NCBI RefSeq assembly: GCF_024521635.1
Contig: NW_026250432.1
Coordinates: 1 to 64,000 of the forward strand
Origin: Tricharina praecox
Lineage: Eukaryota
Direction: 5' to 3'
Length of the DNA stretch: 64,000 nucleotides
Shown: positions 1 through 12,694 of the stretch, piece after piece
How positions within the stretch are numbered: the stretch's first letter is position 1
How the letters are laid out: every line of letters starts with the position of its first letter
Notes under the pieces: generated by a model
The model's input: only the letters and a program-made list of their open reading frames with translations
The model's database searches: none
Told to the model about the DNA's origin: nothing
Made by a program: the position numbers and the translations under genes

Positions 1-3000
1 CTTCAGCTCGCTGCTCGAGCAGTCGCGGAAGCTGCGCCAGGAAACCGACAACGCCGACCTCCCGTCCATCCAGCTCGGCCTGGGAGAGATTGAGCGACGC
101 GCCAAAGAGCTAAAGAAAACTGTCCCCGGACGAACCGATGCGAGAGCGTATGTTTGATACCCTTCGGAGAAGGGAATGCGAGGTGTACTGATGGGGGATC
201 ATCGCGCAGACGCTACCTGCTCCGCGCCGGAGGCATCGATGCCGATCAGAACTTGAGGGATCTGGAGTCAATCGATTTCCAAACAGCTTACGAGCCGTCG
301 GGACCGATCGACACCGACGTCGAGGTGAGCTTCATCCTCCAGCTGCCTGTCCGGCCATGTGTTTGTTTTTCTTGCTGACCCCGGATACACGTGAAATAGT
401 CGTACCTCCGCAACCGACGAGACCAGAGCGTCGAATCATCGATCGAGGAGGGCATGCGCCGTACTGCCCGCGACTTCGATTCGTTCGTCGCCAAGAATGT
501 CACCACCGAGTGGGAAGCGCAGAAGCAGCGGATATTCGAGCACTTCGGGCTCGGAGGAAAGCCGTCGCCCACCGCGCAGAACGGCGATAACGGCGGATTC
601 GGGCTGAGCGCTTTCGGTGCGTCGTCGTTCGGACGGTCAAGATTGAGCGGATCTGTGGGCCCCGCGAGTAACGGTGGAAACCTGGGTACCAACAGTGTCT
701 GGGCGAAGTTGAATCTGGGACAGAGCGTACTGGGCAAGTCAGTCACGGCGAGACCAACAGAGCAGACCGCTTCGATGTATCAGGGAAGCTTGTTTGCCGA
801 TGTGGACTCGTCGACACAGGCGGAGCTCTCGAGACCGGTACAGTTGAGGCAGCAGAGATATTCCCAGGCAGTCAAGAATTTGAACCTCACACGGCTGAGC
901 GCAACTCCGGGATCGGGGAGCTTCGCGATCATGAAGGAGTTTGGTGATCTCACAGCTGCCACGGGCGGCGATATGGTGAGTCCCGTACTGTACTTCTCTT
1001 CGCCTAAGACGGAATTATTAACACTTCGGGGTAGTTGACGCTACAGTTGCAAGATTCATGGAGCCTACTCAGTAACATCGTTTGCGAGGACGGCGGAGAC
1101 AACCCTTTTGGAGGTGCACAAGAACGGCGGTTTGTACGAGATCACATCTTGAATACTGCAGTCGACGGACAGGAGGCAGGCCGGATCCGCAAGCGTGTTG
1201 AGAAGGGCTCCAGGCGATTTTTGGAGAAACAGTAAGCTCGGTATCTTCGATAGCTCCATGAGGCGTGGCGCTGACTAGGGAAATCAGGTTCAACCAAGTG
1301 GTCGATAAGGCGGTTTCCGACAACCCCCAGATCGCTAGAGTTGGAGGTGTGCCATCAGTGTTTAACAAGTTCCGTGGTTTCATCAATGTCAAGATGGCTC
1401 AGAATAAGGACAAGCCAGACTGGGACGTCAGATGTTTCCAATCCATCAACGAAGTGCCGTGCTGGGCGATGGTCTTCTACCTGATCCGTGCTGGTTTGCT
1501 CAAGGATGCAGACAGCTATGTTCAGCAGCATTTGGCGCAGTTCCAGAAGCTTGATCGGGGCTTTGCATCGTACTTGCACGCGTACGTAGCCCACGAAGAC
1601 CGCCGCTTGTCCCGGCCGCTTCATGATCGTATCAACGGCGAGTACAACAACCGCATCCGTCATATGGAGGATTGCAAAGATCCCTTCAAGCCGGCAGTGT
1701 ACAAGATCATTGGACGGTGTGAGCTCGCGAAGCGATCACTCCCCAACATCATGCCCACGGCTGAGGATTGGATGTGGCTACAGCTCGTTTTGACGAGGGA
1801 AATCGACCGGACGTCGGAGCCTGCCCACGAGGTCTTTACCCTGCACGATCTCCAGAAGAGTGTTTCGCAGTTCGGCGCAAAGCACTTCATGGCTAAGGGT
1901 AGTAACTTTGGCCTGTATTTCCAAATGTTGCTCATGTGCGGACTATTCGAGGATGTAAGGACTACTATTCCCCCCACTATAGGATTCCACTGACGGGTTA
2001 GGCTGTTCACTATCTGTACGGATTCCAGTTCGTCGACGGAGTACACTTTGCCATCGCCCTCACATATTACGGATTACTGAGGCCGTCTGACAATCCAATG
2101 ACTCTGGAGCTGCTCACCCTGGGCGTAAATGGCGAAAAACGGATCAACTTCCCTCGGATGATTGGTTACTATACCTCCGATTTCCGCACCCCGGACACAG
2201 AGGCAGCAGTAGATTATCTCTCCCTTATATGTCTCAACGGTGATCTTCCCGACCCAGTCGGTCCTGCCCAGCTCAAGATCTGCCACGATGCTCTGCGGGA
2301 GCTCGTCCTCACAACCCGCGAGTTCACCAAACTGCTGGGCGACGTTCGTGCAGACGGAACTCGCGAGAAGGGGGCGATCGAGAAGCGGATGAAGCTCATC
2401 AAACTCTCGGACCAAGACCAATTCCTTCATACCATCACCGAACAGGCGGCCGTACAAGCGGACGACGACGGTCGGGCTGCAGATGCGGTGCTGCTGTACC
2501 ATCTTGCCGAGGACTATGATACAGTCGTACAGATCCTCAACAAGTATCTGTCTAGTCACATCGCATTGGACGATGGCATCCCGTTCCAGGGCCTTCACGG
2601 GTCAAACGTTCCTCCTGGCTCCAGCATGTCGCTTGCCTCTGTTGATGATCCTACGCACTTGGCGATCAACATGCTCACAGTGTACAAGAACAACCACATC
2701 GCGCGTAAGATCAACCCGCGTAATCGCGAGGCCTGTGGTGTTCTACTGCAGATCTCGGAGGCCAAGAGGCAATACGAGATGGGCGAGTGGGCAGCATGTC
2801 TCTCGGTAAGTCCCCCATCCGCCTTCCTTTCCCTGGGGCACACACAGCTAACCAGCAGCAGATCATCGACCACGTGGACGTGATCCCGCTCGACCCCCGC
2901 GGCGACGTCGGCAACATCCGCCGCCGCGCACAGAACTTCGTCACGCTGCACGAAACGGTGGCGCGCAACGTCGGCATCCTCCTCAAGATGGCGGTCGACT

Positions 3001-3179
3001 GCTGCACGCGGCTGTGCCAGGAGCTGCGCGAGAGCGGATACACCGATGCCAACAAGGATCAGAAGCTCGGCGAACTCAGGGCTAGGATAAAATCCGCCAT
3101 GATCTATGCCGGCATGATCCAGTACAAGCTGCCCGCCCATATCTATGCTTTCTTGAACAGCAGGGATGTCGGCGAGTAG
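1..3179 (+). CDS. NIC96: Nucleoporin Nic96/Nup93 (5' end outside window; about 7 introns)
   Basis: Spliced translation: FSSLLEQSRKL...LPSIQLGLGEI, then WAMVFYLIRAG, DPFKPAVYKIIGRCEL, EDWMWLQL, YHLAEDYDTV, YAGMIQYKLP. These are Nic96-family motifs; the ORF pieces are joined by GT-AG introns. Stop TAG ends at 3179. Confidence 0.93.
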
Positions 3180-4472
3180 TGGTGGTGGCACGGCACTGGT
3201 GGGGTGGGCTGTAGATGAAAATCTTCTTTTGGTGGTGGGTATTTGTGGGGATACGAGATTGGAATGCGCGATGGTGGAGTTAATGATGGCTATGAATCTT
3301 GCGGTCCTACTACTCCATACCTTGTGACATTTAAGTGTGCTTTTGGTCTTTGTGATTCATCGTTCCGTTGCATTTTGGTTTCCGTGGTCCGAGACAATTC
3401 AAACCTTGGGACAACATCCAGCAAGAACCAGAGCTGACCGGGCGTCTGGTAAATTGCGCGGGGCCAGCGTTTTTTTCTGTTTCGGCATTTTGCATTCGTC
3501 CATGTTCGACCACGACAGTTTTTGATTACAAAAGGCCGCTTTCTGCCCCACTGGTCACCGAGTGTTTCTCCTCTCCACTATCCACCGGCGTATCAACGAT
3601 AAAACCAACGCAAAACCTAACACAGAAACAAATCACACATCCAAATACCAATACCGGACTCCCGAATAAGTATCCCAACGAATGATAGTACATGCCATAG
3701 GTCTACGGGCTGAGCATACTACTACAGAGAACTACTTTACAAACTCCCCTCCCGCTTGATAGCGATACATAGCAGACCACTCCTCGGCCCGCGGGGAGGG
3801 GATAACCATATATTTTACATAGGTGGAGGTAGGTGGAGGTAGGTAGTCGCCGAGTAGCATGATCTATCACTCTGGCCAGTAGCCATTTCCAAGGTGCCGT
3901 TTTTTTTTCCCCAGTGGCGTTTCGAACTACCAATCCAAGACTCAATACCGGTATGTATAAGCCAAGGCAGATATATAGGAAGAAAACTGGCAGAGCCACG
4001 AAGTCCTTGAGCATTGGCTTGGAAAATATCTGGCAGCTGCTATGTAGGTATTCTCGTTTGACGGTGCTGGCTGGGACATAGAATACTCTAACAACAACTT
4101 GTATCAACCCTATCCCCACCTCACCCACCTCACCCACCTCACCCACCGCCGCCTCACACGAAAAAAAAAGGAAAAAAAAGGAGAAAAAAGGATGTAATTT
4201 CAACCAAATGAACAGATAGACAGCACAGACAGACCAGACAGCACAGTACAGCAAAGACCCCATTCCAAACCCCGATCCCTCCCTCTACCAGGTGTCTCTT
4301 CCCTCTTTCCAACCATACTTTACCTTACGCCGTGAAAGCCGCATTGTTCCCTTCCAGAGCATAGTCTACCGTGATTCTCATGACTAGATTTCGCCAAAAA
4401 CCGACCCGAAAAGGACACACACACGATTTCAGCGGGGGGACAGCACAACACACCAATTACCATCATCATCAA

Positions 4473-5924
4473 TCAACGCTGCCGTAAGATTTCTACCGGG
4501 AACGACAAAGACCCAGACAAAGGTGCCATGCATTAGCAGCCTTCAGGCGGTGGCAGGGTGTGGGGAGGTGGGGGGGAGTAGGGCGGTTGGGGGGTAGGGA
4601 AAGGGAAAGGGAAAGGGAAAGGGAAAGGGAAAGGGAAAGGGCAGGAAAGATGGATGTAATATGTTTTGTCTGCGTACCTGTTAAGAACTCCTCAAAGCTG
4701 AGGGTGATGAAGCCATCCCTATCATCGTCGTACTTCTTGAAGACCTCCGTCATGCGTTTCAGCGAGATGCAGCTCTGCACAAACAGATCAAACGAGATGG
4801 CGTTCTGTCCTGTTATGCGTAAATCAACCAGATCAGCACCCATCTCAGCGCAACATAGTTGTCCCCCCCCCATTGGTGCAGAAAAAAGCCGTTCCCACCT
4901 TGCTGGGTTGGCTGCGGCGAGGAGTCCTGACCTCTTCGGTCGTATGACCTGAAAAGCAGCTGCACGAATTGCGGGGACAGCCGATATCCAAAAGCTGCGG
5001 GGCCGAGTGCCGTGGCGTCAGAAAGATTCCCGTCGAGGAGGAGGAAAGGTCAGTCATCTACCCGCAAGAGCGTTCGCAAACTCTTGGTACGAGATGTTAC
5101 CACTCTTATCCGTGTCGAAGCGGTCAAAGAGCTGGCGCCACGCGGCAAGAAAGCCCCACAGTCCACTGGATATACGTCCATTAGCCCCCCAACGTCGACT
5201 ACTTCACGAGAAATGATTCGGAAGTGGGGGCCACCAACCAGAACTCATTGAATCCGATGGTGCCCGAGCGATCGGTGTCGAACATCCTTCTCCGGAGTTA
5301 GGAATAGATCGATCCCCTCATGAAACCGGGATAAGCGTGTACCTGATCATCATGCGAACCGTATGCGGATCGAACGAGGTCCAATCACCGTTCACCAGGG
5401 CAGCGCGCAGCTCCTTTTCGCTCAGCTGTCCACTTCCTGCGGCGCCCATCAGACCCTCACTTCCTCGAGTCGAGCACCCGCACACGGGTGTACTACTAAC
5501 CGTCCTTATCGACCGCCTTGAACAGCGGAAACAGAGCGGGGTCGGGACCGCCGGGCGGCGCCGGAGTAGGCGGCGGCCGGGAAACCGGCGGCGGTCGCTG
5601 TCCATATCCCTGCGGTGGAGGCGGACTGGCAAACGCGTTAGGCGGCGGCGGGCTGGCGAACTGATTGTGCGGGGGAGCTTGGCTGTATCCCGGGCTGGGA
5701 CCGCGACCAGGTACGCCGCCGCCGCCGCCGCCGTACTGCTGCTGCTGTTGCTGCGGATGTTGCTGCTGCCCGTATCCTTGCTGGGGATGTTGCTGCTGGG
5801 GGTGCTGCTGTTGCTGCTGCTGGGGGTGTTGCTGCTGCCCGTAACCTCCCTGCTGATAATTGTGCGCTTGCTGCCCCTGCTGCTGCGGGCGTCCGGCTGG
5901 ACGTTCTTGGAAGTCTGCCATCAT
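4473..5924 (-). CDS. PEF1: Penta-EF-hand calcium-binding protein (peflin/Pef1), about 6 introns
   Basis: Q/G/P/Y-rich N-terminus, then EF hands DKDGSGQLSEKEL, DTDRSGTIGFNEF, DTDKSGNISYQEF and DDDRDGFITLSFEEF; ends EILRQR*. Confidence 0.9.
4597..4641. repeat. (GGGAAA)n microsatellite inside the last PEF1 intron
   Basis: About 7 tandem GGGAAA units, read directly. Confidence 0.9.
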
Positions 5925-6738
5925 TTGTGCTGCCTTGAGAGTGTTTCAGCAACAGGCGCGAATAGAATACGAAGTGTGCGTATATGTGAAGCGTGGGTGC
6001 GTCTGGAGGAGGAGGAGGAGTGCTATAACCAACCTGTTCAGGCTCCGCATGGCTGTGGAGAGAGAAGATAGAGACATCAGCACAGTGTCATAATTTCTTG
6101 GAGCTTCATCCATAGCGGACAGGAGGGCAGGGCAGGACAACAACTTACGCGGGCAGAGCGTCGGGATTCGAGTTGTAGTACGCCATCGGGGGAGCGAAAG
6201 AAGAATGCAATAGAGTACGTATCTATCTATCTATCTGTCGGTCCTACGTTTCCCTTTGTTAGCTTCCACGTGCGTCCAGGATACATAGATGCGACGCAAC
6301 GGCGGGGGGCTGGACTGACGCGGACGAGTTGCGTATCGTACCTGCAATAATCTCTCACGAGCCCGCTTGCTATGTCTTGTCGATCGTCGCGAAGATCTGT
6401 TGTCGGAGGTGATGGTCAAGTTGGAGGAGATGAGGAGTAGTTGAGACGAGGTCGTATAAAGGTAGAGGTGGAGGAGGGGTGACGGCGGCAGCAGCAACCA
6501 AGCAAGCACAAGGTCGGGGGCTGCTTACATGGATCTATCGTATCGTCTCGTGGCTGGGGCTGATGAGGGGTGGTGCACTGGGAAACACACCCCGGGATGT
6601 CGCCAAGTCACTCTATTACTCTATACGCTTACAAGTTACTCCTACCTAGTACTCGCTCTGACAATTTATATCCAGTTTTCTATTCCGCTTGTTCCTCTCA
6701 TTCTTCACGCGAAACAGTATCGCCGAGCAGCCTTGAAG

Positions 6739-8155
6739 ATGAAGTTCGCAGCAACAGAAGACTTCTACCTCTTTGGCTACGGGTACGTGCAAGTTCTCGC
6801 GCTCTCTATCACCACCACCACCCTACCGCCTTGAAAACATTGCTATTTTGCTCGCGGAACGGACGGGCAGGCAGAAAGGCTGACTTTCGTGACTGAGCTC
6901 AGATCTCTGATATGGAAGCCACCGCCGGACTACGGTATGTGTTTTTTCACCTCCTCTCTCTCCCTCTCGTAAGGTCGCCGGTGATAACGAGAGATGTAAT
7001 CTACACACAGACTACAAGATGCCCGGCTACATCAAAGACTACGTTCGACGATTCTGGCAGGTACTGTACCATTTCCGCCCGAATCTGCCTGCCTGTCTGT
7101 CTGTCGAACGAAATCTAACTGCAGAAGGCCAGGTAAATATTCTATCCCTCCGGGTGCACCCGCGACGTTCGGACCAGTGGTACGTACATGGCTGGGTACG
7201 ATAGCTGACCCGATCACAAAAACAGTGAGGACCACAGAGGAACTCCGGAAGCGTAGGCCACCCCTCCCCCCTCCATCCATCTAGGGCTGAAGGGAAGGCA
7301 AGGAAGGGAAGGAGAAGGGCTGAAGTGAGGGCTGACACTGAAACTCCTGCCTTTCTAGACCTGGGCGTGTGGTGACACTCGTTGAGCGGAGCGTCTGGGA
7401 GACGCTTGGTGACCATCACGGCGCCGACGAGGAGGTTTGGGGAATGGCGTACCGCATTCCGAAGGATAAGGTCGAGAGCGTCAAGGAGTATGTACCCCCG
7501 CCTACCTATACACCTATACAATTGGGGAATGAACGAGCGAGCGGTGCTAACGAGTGAACCAACAAAGATACCTCGATATCAGAGAGATCAATGGTTACGT
7601 GAGTATTCTCCGTCCCCCAGCGAATTCCGTAGTGGAGAACATGGCATTGATGTGAGGCCGTCACCAGTCGATTCACTACGTGGACGTCTACCACACCGAT
7701 GAACACCTCCCTCCGATCAAGGCGCTCGTATACATCGGTAGGCATACTATATACCTACCTATTGTAGGAACCATCTCACTGTTCTGGAAGCTAACCTTTC
7801 ATCTTCAGGCACCCCAGAGAACCCCCAGTTCGCGGCCCGCAACGGCGTACCAGGCGAGAGTGAGCTTGCCAAGCACATCTTCGACTCATGTGGCCCCTCC
7901 GGCGAGAACAAAGAATATCTCTACCAGCTGAACCACTCGCTCGAGGAGCTTTGTCCAGAGTCGAAGGACAACCACGTGCGGAGCCTTTTCCGGCAGGTAT
8001 GTCTCCTGGAGGCGGAAGCTAGACTCAATGGTGTCGACCATTCGGAGGATGAACAGCCGGTGGTGCCTAGCCATCATCCGGCCACGGTCATGGAAGAGAC
8101 GGAATTAGTACAAGTGGGTGGGGAAATGGACATAGACACCGAGATGATGCACTAG
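6739..8155 (+). CDS. ChaC-family glutathione-specific gamma-glutamylcyclotransferase, many small exons
   Basis: Spliced: MKFAATEDFYLFGYG|SLIWKPPPDY|...RRFWQ|AS|EDHRGTPEA|PGRVVTL...YLDIREINGY...GPSGENKEYL. FGYGSLIW and DHRGT are ChaC hallmarks. Confidence 0.92.
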
Positions 8156-8464
8156 AATCAACATCATGTAATTAGAAAGACCATGATGATTGACCGATGA
8201 ACCGTTTCATTTCCATTACTGACTGGGGACTTGAAGAAATCGTTCCATCAGATTGAGCCATGATTGCGCCGAAGATTGCAGCCACCAAGAAAAACAAGAA
8301 AGAAGCCCGTGTGGTATACAGCAAATGAGACGACAGAAATGTGTGATTGAAACGAAAACCAACGATCAAGATCTCGGACAAAGGACTAAGAGACACGATC
8401 CGTTACATTGTATGTGAAAGGTGGTGTTCTAGCTTCGCAACCGGACTTTTGACTGCTTCGCTAC

Positions 8465-9338
8465 TTAGTATCCACCGCTCTGGCCGCCGTAACCTACGCA
8501 ATCAGACATGTTAGCGTCGTGCTCAAGACTGATGTCACGATGGACGGAAATACATACCACCGCCGCCCTGCTGGCCGCCGTAGCCACCTCCGCCACCTCC
8601 GTAACCACCTCCGCCACCTCCGTAGCCTCCACCGCCACCTCCGTAACCGCCACCACCGCCACCTCCGCCAGCACGGCGATCGGTAGCCTTGTCAACACGA
8701 ATCCTACGTCCATCGAACCTGTTCCTGTCAGCATTAAGCGGACCGCAGATGGGATGCAGATGCGTACTCAGTGTCGTTCATGTCATTGACCTGTTCGATA
8801 AGTGTTAGTGACAATGCAATCAAATAACGGTTAGGTAAATGGGATATGCTTACAGCCTTGTCCGCGTCCTCCTCGCTAGCGAACCTAACGAATCCGAATC
8901 CGCGCGACCTTCCAGTGTCACGGTCCTTGACAACGACCTGCATGAGGAGAGGATTAACGTCATCCCGAGATAGGCGGCATGTGTGCTTCTAAGCCGGGAA
9001 GCGGGGTGATGGAGGGGGGGGGGGGTAAAACATACGGCCTCCTCGACGGCGCCGAACTCCTCGAACTTGGCGCGAAGAGTCACGTCATCGGTGTGCCAGG
9101 CAAGGCCTCTGCAAGTTTATTGTTAGTAAAGTGGCGTGCTGGGGGTGCGACGATCGCCCCACATGTTCGCAGCAGCAGAAGCAGCAGCAGTAGCAGGCTA
9201 ATTGTGTGTGCAACCATAACCACTGCGACCGCAACCACTGCCGACAATTGCGGGGCAAAATGGGAAGGGGTGTGAAACAGGTGAGGGGATAGGAGCAGTG
9301 CAATTGAGAGAAACGTACCCGATGAAAAGCTTCGACAT
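8465..9338 (-). CDS. Glycine-rich RNA-binding protein (single RRM plus GGY tail), 5 introns
   Basis: Spliced: [50 protein letters not shown] (RNP2 and RNP1)...[11 protein letters not shown], then GGGGYGGG repeats. Confidence 0.92.
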
Positions 9339-12300
9339 GGCGATTTATATTATCGCGGGTTGAAGCAAACTGAACACACTGTTTAACACCACACACTGCG
9401 AGGGTAGCCGTCATCGAGAAGGCGACGACCGCGGTTGGGACAAAGGGAGAGAGAGAGCATGCCTGGTCGTTGTTTTGTCGTGAAGAGTCGAAGTTATTGT
9501 CGAGTGTTTTTTTTTGTGGGTGTGGGGGAGAAACTGATACAGTCTGGGAAGGACTGGAACAGTTGTGGAGTTGGGAAGGAAAGGAGGAGAAGGAGAGGAG
9601 AAGAAGAGGAGGAGTGGGGTGGGAGCGAGCAGAAGAAATAGAAGACTGGTGTTTGGCAGAGAAGAGGGGTGTGGGAGCAAGCAGAGAGGGCTAGGTCTAA
9701 CTCGGAGCTAGGTGCAGAGGGGGGAGCAGAGCAGAGAACAAGCACGAACAAGCACGAGCCAGCAGCGATCACACAAAGCAGGAGGCAAGTGCACGTAAAT
9801 ATTTCATAAGTGCTCGAAGCTAAGGGGAGAAGTGATGAAGTACCATGGAGTACCATCATAGTGGAGCAGATCACCCATCATAGTGGAGTAGAGCGGAGCG
9901 GATGCGAGCTGTAATCATGATGTATATCGCAGCGGGAGCGGGGGGGAAGGGAAAGCGAAAGCGGTGAGCATCATACTCCAGACACGCGGCGGGTAGAGGG
10001 GGGCAGACGAGCGCGGACTTTGCGCTGCTGCTGCTGATACTGCTGATACTGCTGCTGCTGCCTGCTCCCGTCCAAAGACGAGAAGGCTCGCAGAGGGCGG
10101 TACTTGCGGGTGACATCCTCCACATTCGCTCTACATGCTCATCGAGACGGTGGACGACGTCATAACCTCATATCTGCCCTCCTCTCCTCGTCGGTCCATG
10201 ATCGATATCCAGCCATGGCCGCTTCTTCCACCTCTTCCGTCGTCGTCGCCGCCGCCATCACCATCAGACCTACTAGCACCACCGCACCACCCACCTCTTG
10301 CACCCCATCCACCCCATCCATCCACTACCCTCCACTACCATCACCCCCCACCAACACTCCACGCCCTACCCCCCGTCCTCCAACGCCATCCCAATCGCCA
10401 ATTCCCTCACACGCATTATCGCGACGGCAATCGATCGTCAGGCCGTAGCAGCTGTCCCGATCGTTTTGGTATCATTTTTATCATCGTCCCTCCGGTCCAC
10501 CAAGAATGCGACCTGTGTGAGTGAGCGAGCGAGAGAGCGAGTCAGTGGTAGGCAGCAGTACCTACCGGCTGGTCGACGGTGAATGGGAATGGACATTAGA
10601 CAATGGCCCCCCCTCTAGCTCCGATGCATGCAAGAATTTCCATTCCAGGTCGTCCCATCTGCCAGGCCTGCTGGAGACTGGAGTGGAAGGTTGCTGCTCT
10701 AATCTTGGAGGAAGGCAAGTAGATCGTCTCAACTCTCAACGCTCGACTCTTGACTCGACTCTCAGCTATCGAAGAGTCGAACGTCGAACGTCTCACTCTC
10801 ACTACTGGCTGGCTGCTACAGACGGTACAGGTCTACTGCTGAAGCCGGTATCCGCTAGAGATACTCTAAATAGTACACTTTTAAGCACTTGGGTACCGGC
10901 TCTGGGCTCGTGGGGCGTGTGGAGGAGATATCTGTTCCATGCTCTTTTTTTTTCTTCCCCTCCGTTGCCGGGGGTGGCAGTGAAGGATGTGATTCTGCAC
11001 CAGAGCTTGTTCGCACCGAGCGGCATGCATCGACGCCGATTGTGGCAAGGTGGGATGTGGGATGTGGGATCCTGTGGTATGCAAGTACTTCGGTATCATC
11101 AAGAGTGTCTGCAGAATCGGTCGGTTCCCCACGTCCCGTCCGTTGCGGGGGAACTAAAGTAAGCAAGGGAGGATAATCTTATCTCTCCCTTACCCATCCG
11201 CAATGAGAGAAAAATAAATAAATTAAATAAATTAAATTAAATGAATGAAAATAGAAAATCAAAATAGAAAATAGAAGAAAAAAAGTGAAACATAAAAAAA
11301 AAAGTAAAAAAAAGAAAAGAAAAAAAAAGGAAGGAAAGAGAGGAAAAAGAGTTGGTCGTGTCAACACTTCTCAACCAGCCATCCCCGCACCCTCCTACTT
11401 GCTTCGTTCTCGCCGCTTTTTGCGGATGATGGTGGTTGTTGATGCTGTGATGCCTCGTAAGTTCCAGTTGAGGTTGTCCGCCCAATTGCGGTATTGACGC
11501 CGTAGCAACATTGCGTCATGGCTCGGGCTAATGGGCAGGGATGAAGGATGAAGGATGACGGACGATGGGTGGTAGCACATCAGGCTCTGGCCGGGAGAAG
11601 ACGACGAAACTGCTCGACCGGCTGACCGATCCCTCCGCTGGCTCCGGTGCCCGCCGGCGGCCGCTTCGGCGCCGGCATCGGCTTCGGCGTCGGCTTCCTT
11701 TGGGGGCTGCTGTGGTTTGGGCCACAGGTGGAAAACGGTCTCTGGCTGGCACTCTACTCTAGGTACTCTACCTACAGTAGAGTACACTACTCTACTCTAG
11801 ATGGAGTGTCCGTGGCTCCAGAGTCGACACGACCCACGGTTCCACCTCCTCCTGCGGTTTGGCCGCTCCCTGGCCTGTGCTGTGCTACCTCTGTCTGTGC
11901 CTCTGTCTGGCCGCCGCCACAGCTCGAACCATGCCCGTTCTGGCGCATCGCGATCGCTCGGACGGCCGCTGCTTCCATCGATGCCTTCTCGTCCGCAACC
12001 AACCACGACCACGAACTCGCTCTTCCCTCCCTTCGCTCTCCTCTCATCTGCTCCTTCTCTTCTTCCCCCGGCACCCGAGACTATTTCCCGCGAATCGCCA
12101 CGGAACACACAGACACCAACGACTCAACCTCGACTCACAGGTCCTACCTATCGGACATGGAGAACACATCTGCCGGCAGGGGAAAGCACAGTGCCTAGAG
12201 CATACCGGAGAAACCAGGCGGAGCAGGAGATCCAATCCTTTGAATTTGACGCCTACCGGTATGTATCTGTGCTACCCACGCTGTTGGGCCCTCGCAAGTC

Positions 12301-12383
12301 ACCTGTTGCTGCCAACAAATGACATCCCCACTATCCCTCCCCCCCTCCGCCCAAATTGACTAACTCAGGATAGCCGCCAACCA

Positions 12384-12505
12384 CAGCGAACCAGGAATTT
12401 CACACCTGCTTCACTTGCGCTCCCAGCGAACCAGGAGTTTCACACTCTTTCCACTTATGCTCCCAGCAGACCAGGAATTCACACTTGCTTCTCATACGCT
12501 CCCAG
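12384..12505. repeat. Imperfect tandem repeat, 3 copies of a ~40-bp unit
   Basis: cagcgaaccagga(a/g)tttcacac... starts at 12384, 12424 and 12464. Confidence 0.8.
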
Positions 12506-12694
12506 TACACCAATCCTAAAGGAAAAAATACACCCTTGCTGCCACCGTGAGGGATAACTGCAGCATTGAGAAGCCGCCGCCTGCAGCCAGTAGAAATACT
12601 ACGAGCCTGGGAAGCAAATTCGCACCGATTAAATTCAAAAAAAATTCACAATCAAAATCAAAATCAAAATAATAAAGAATTGGACAAATCAACC

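Noticed and set aside
9871..11800. Several Pro/Ser-rich or Arg-rich short ORFs
   Set aside because: They are low-complexity intergenic or UTR sequence with no consistent splicing or recognisable domain.
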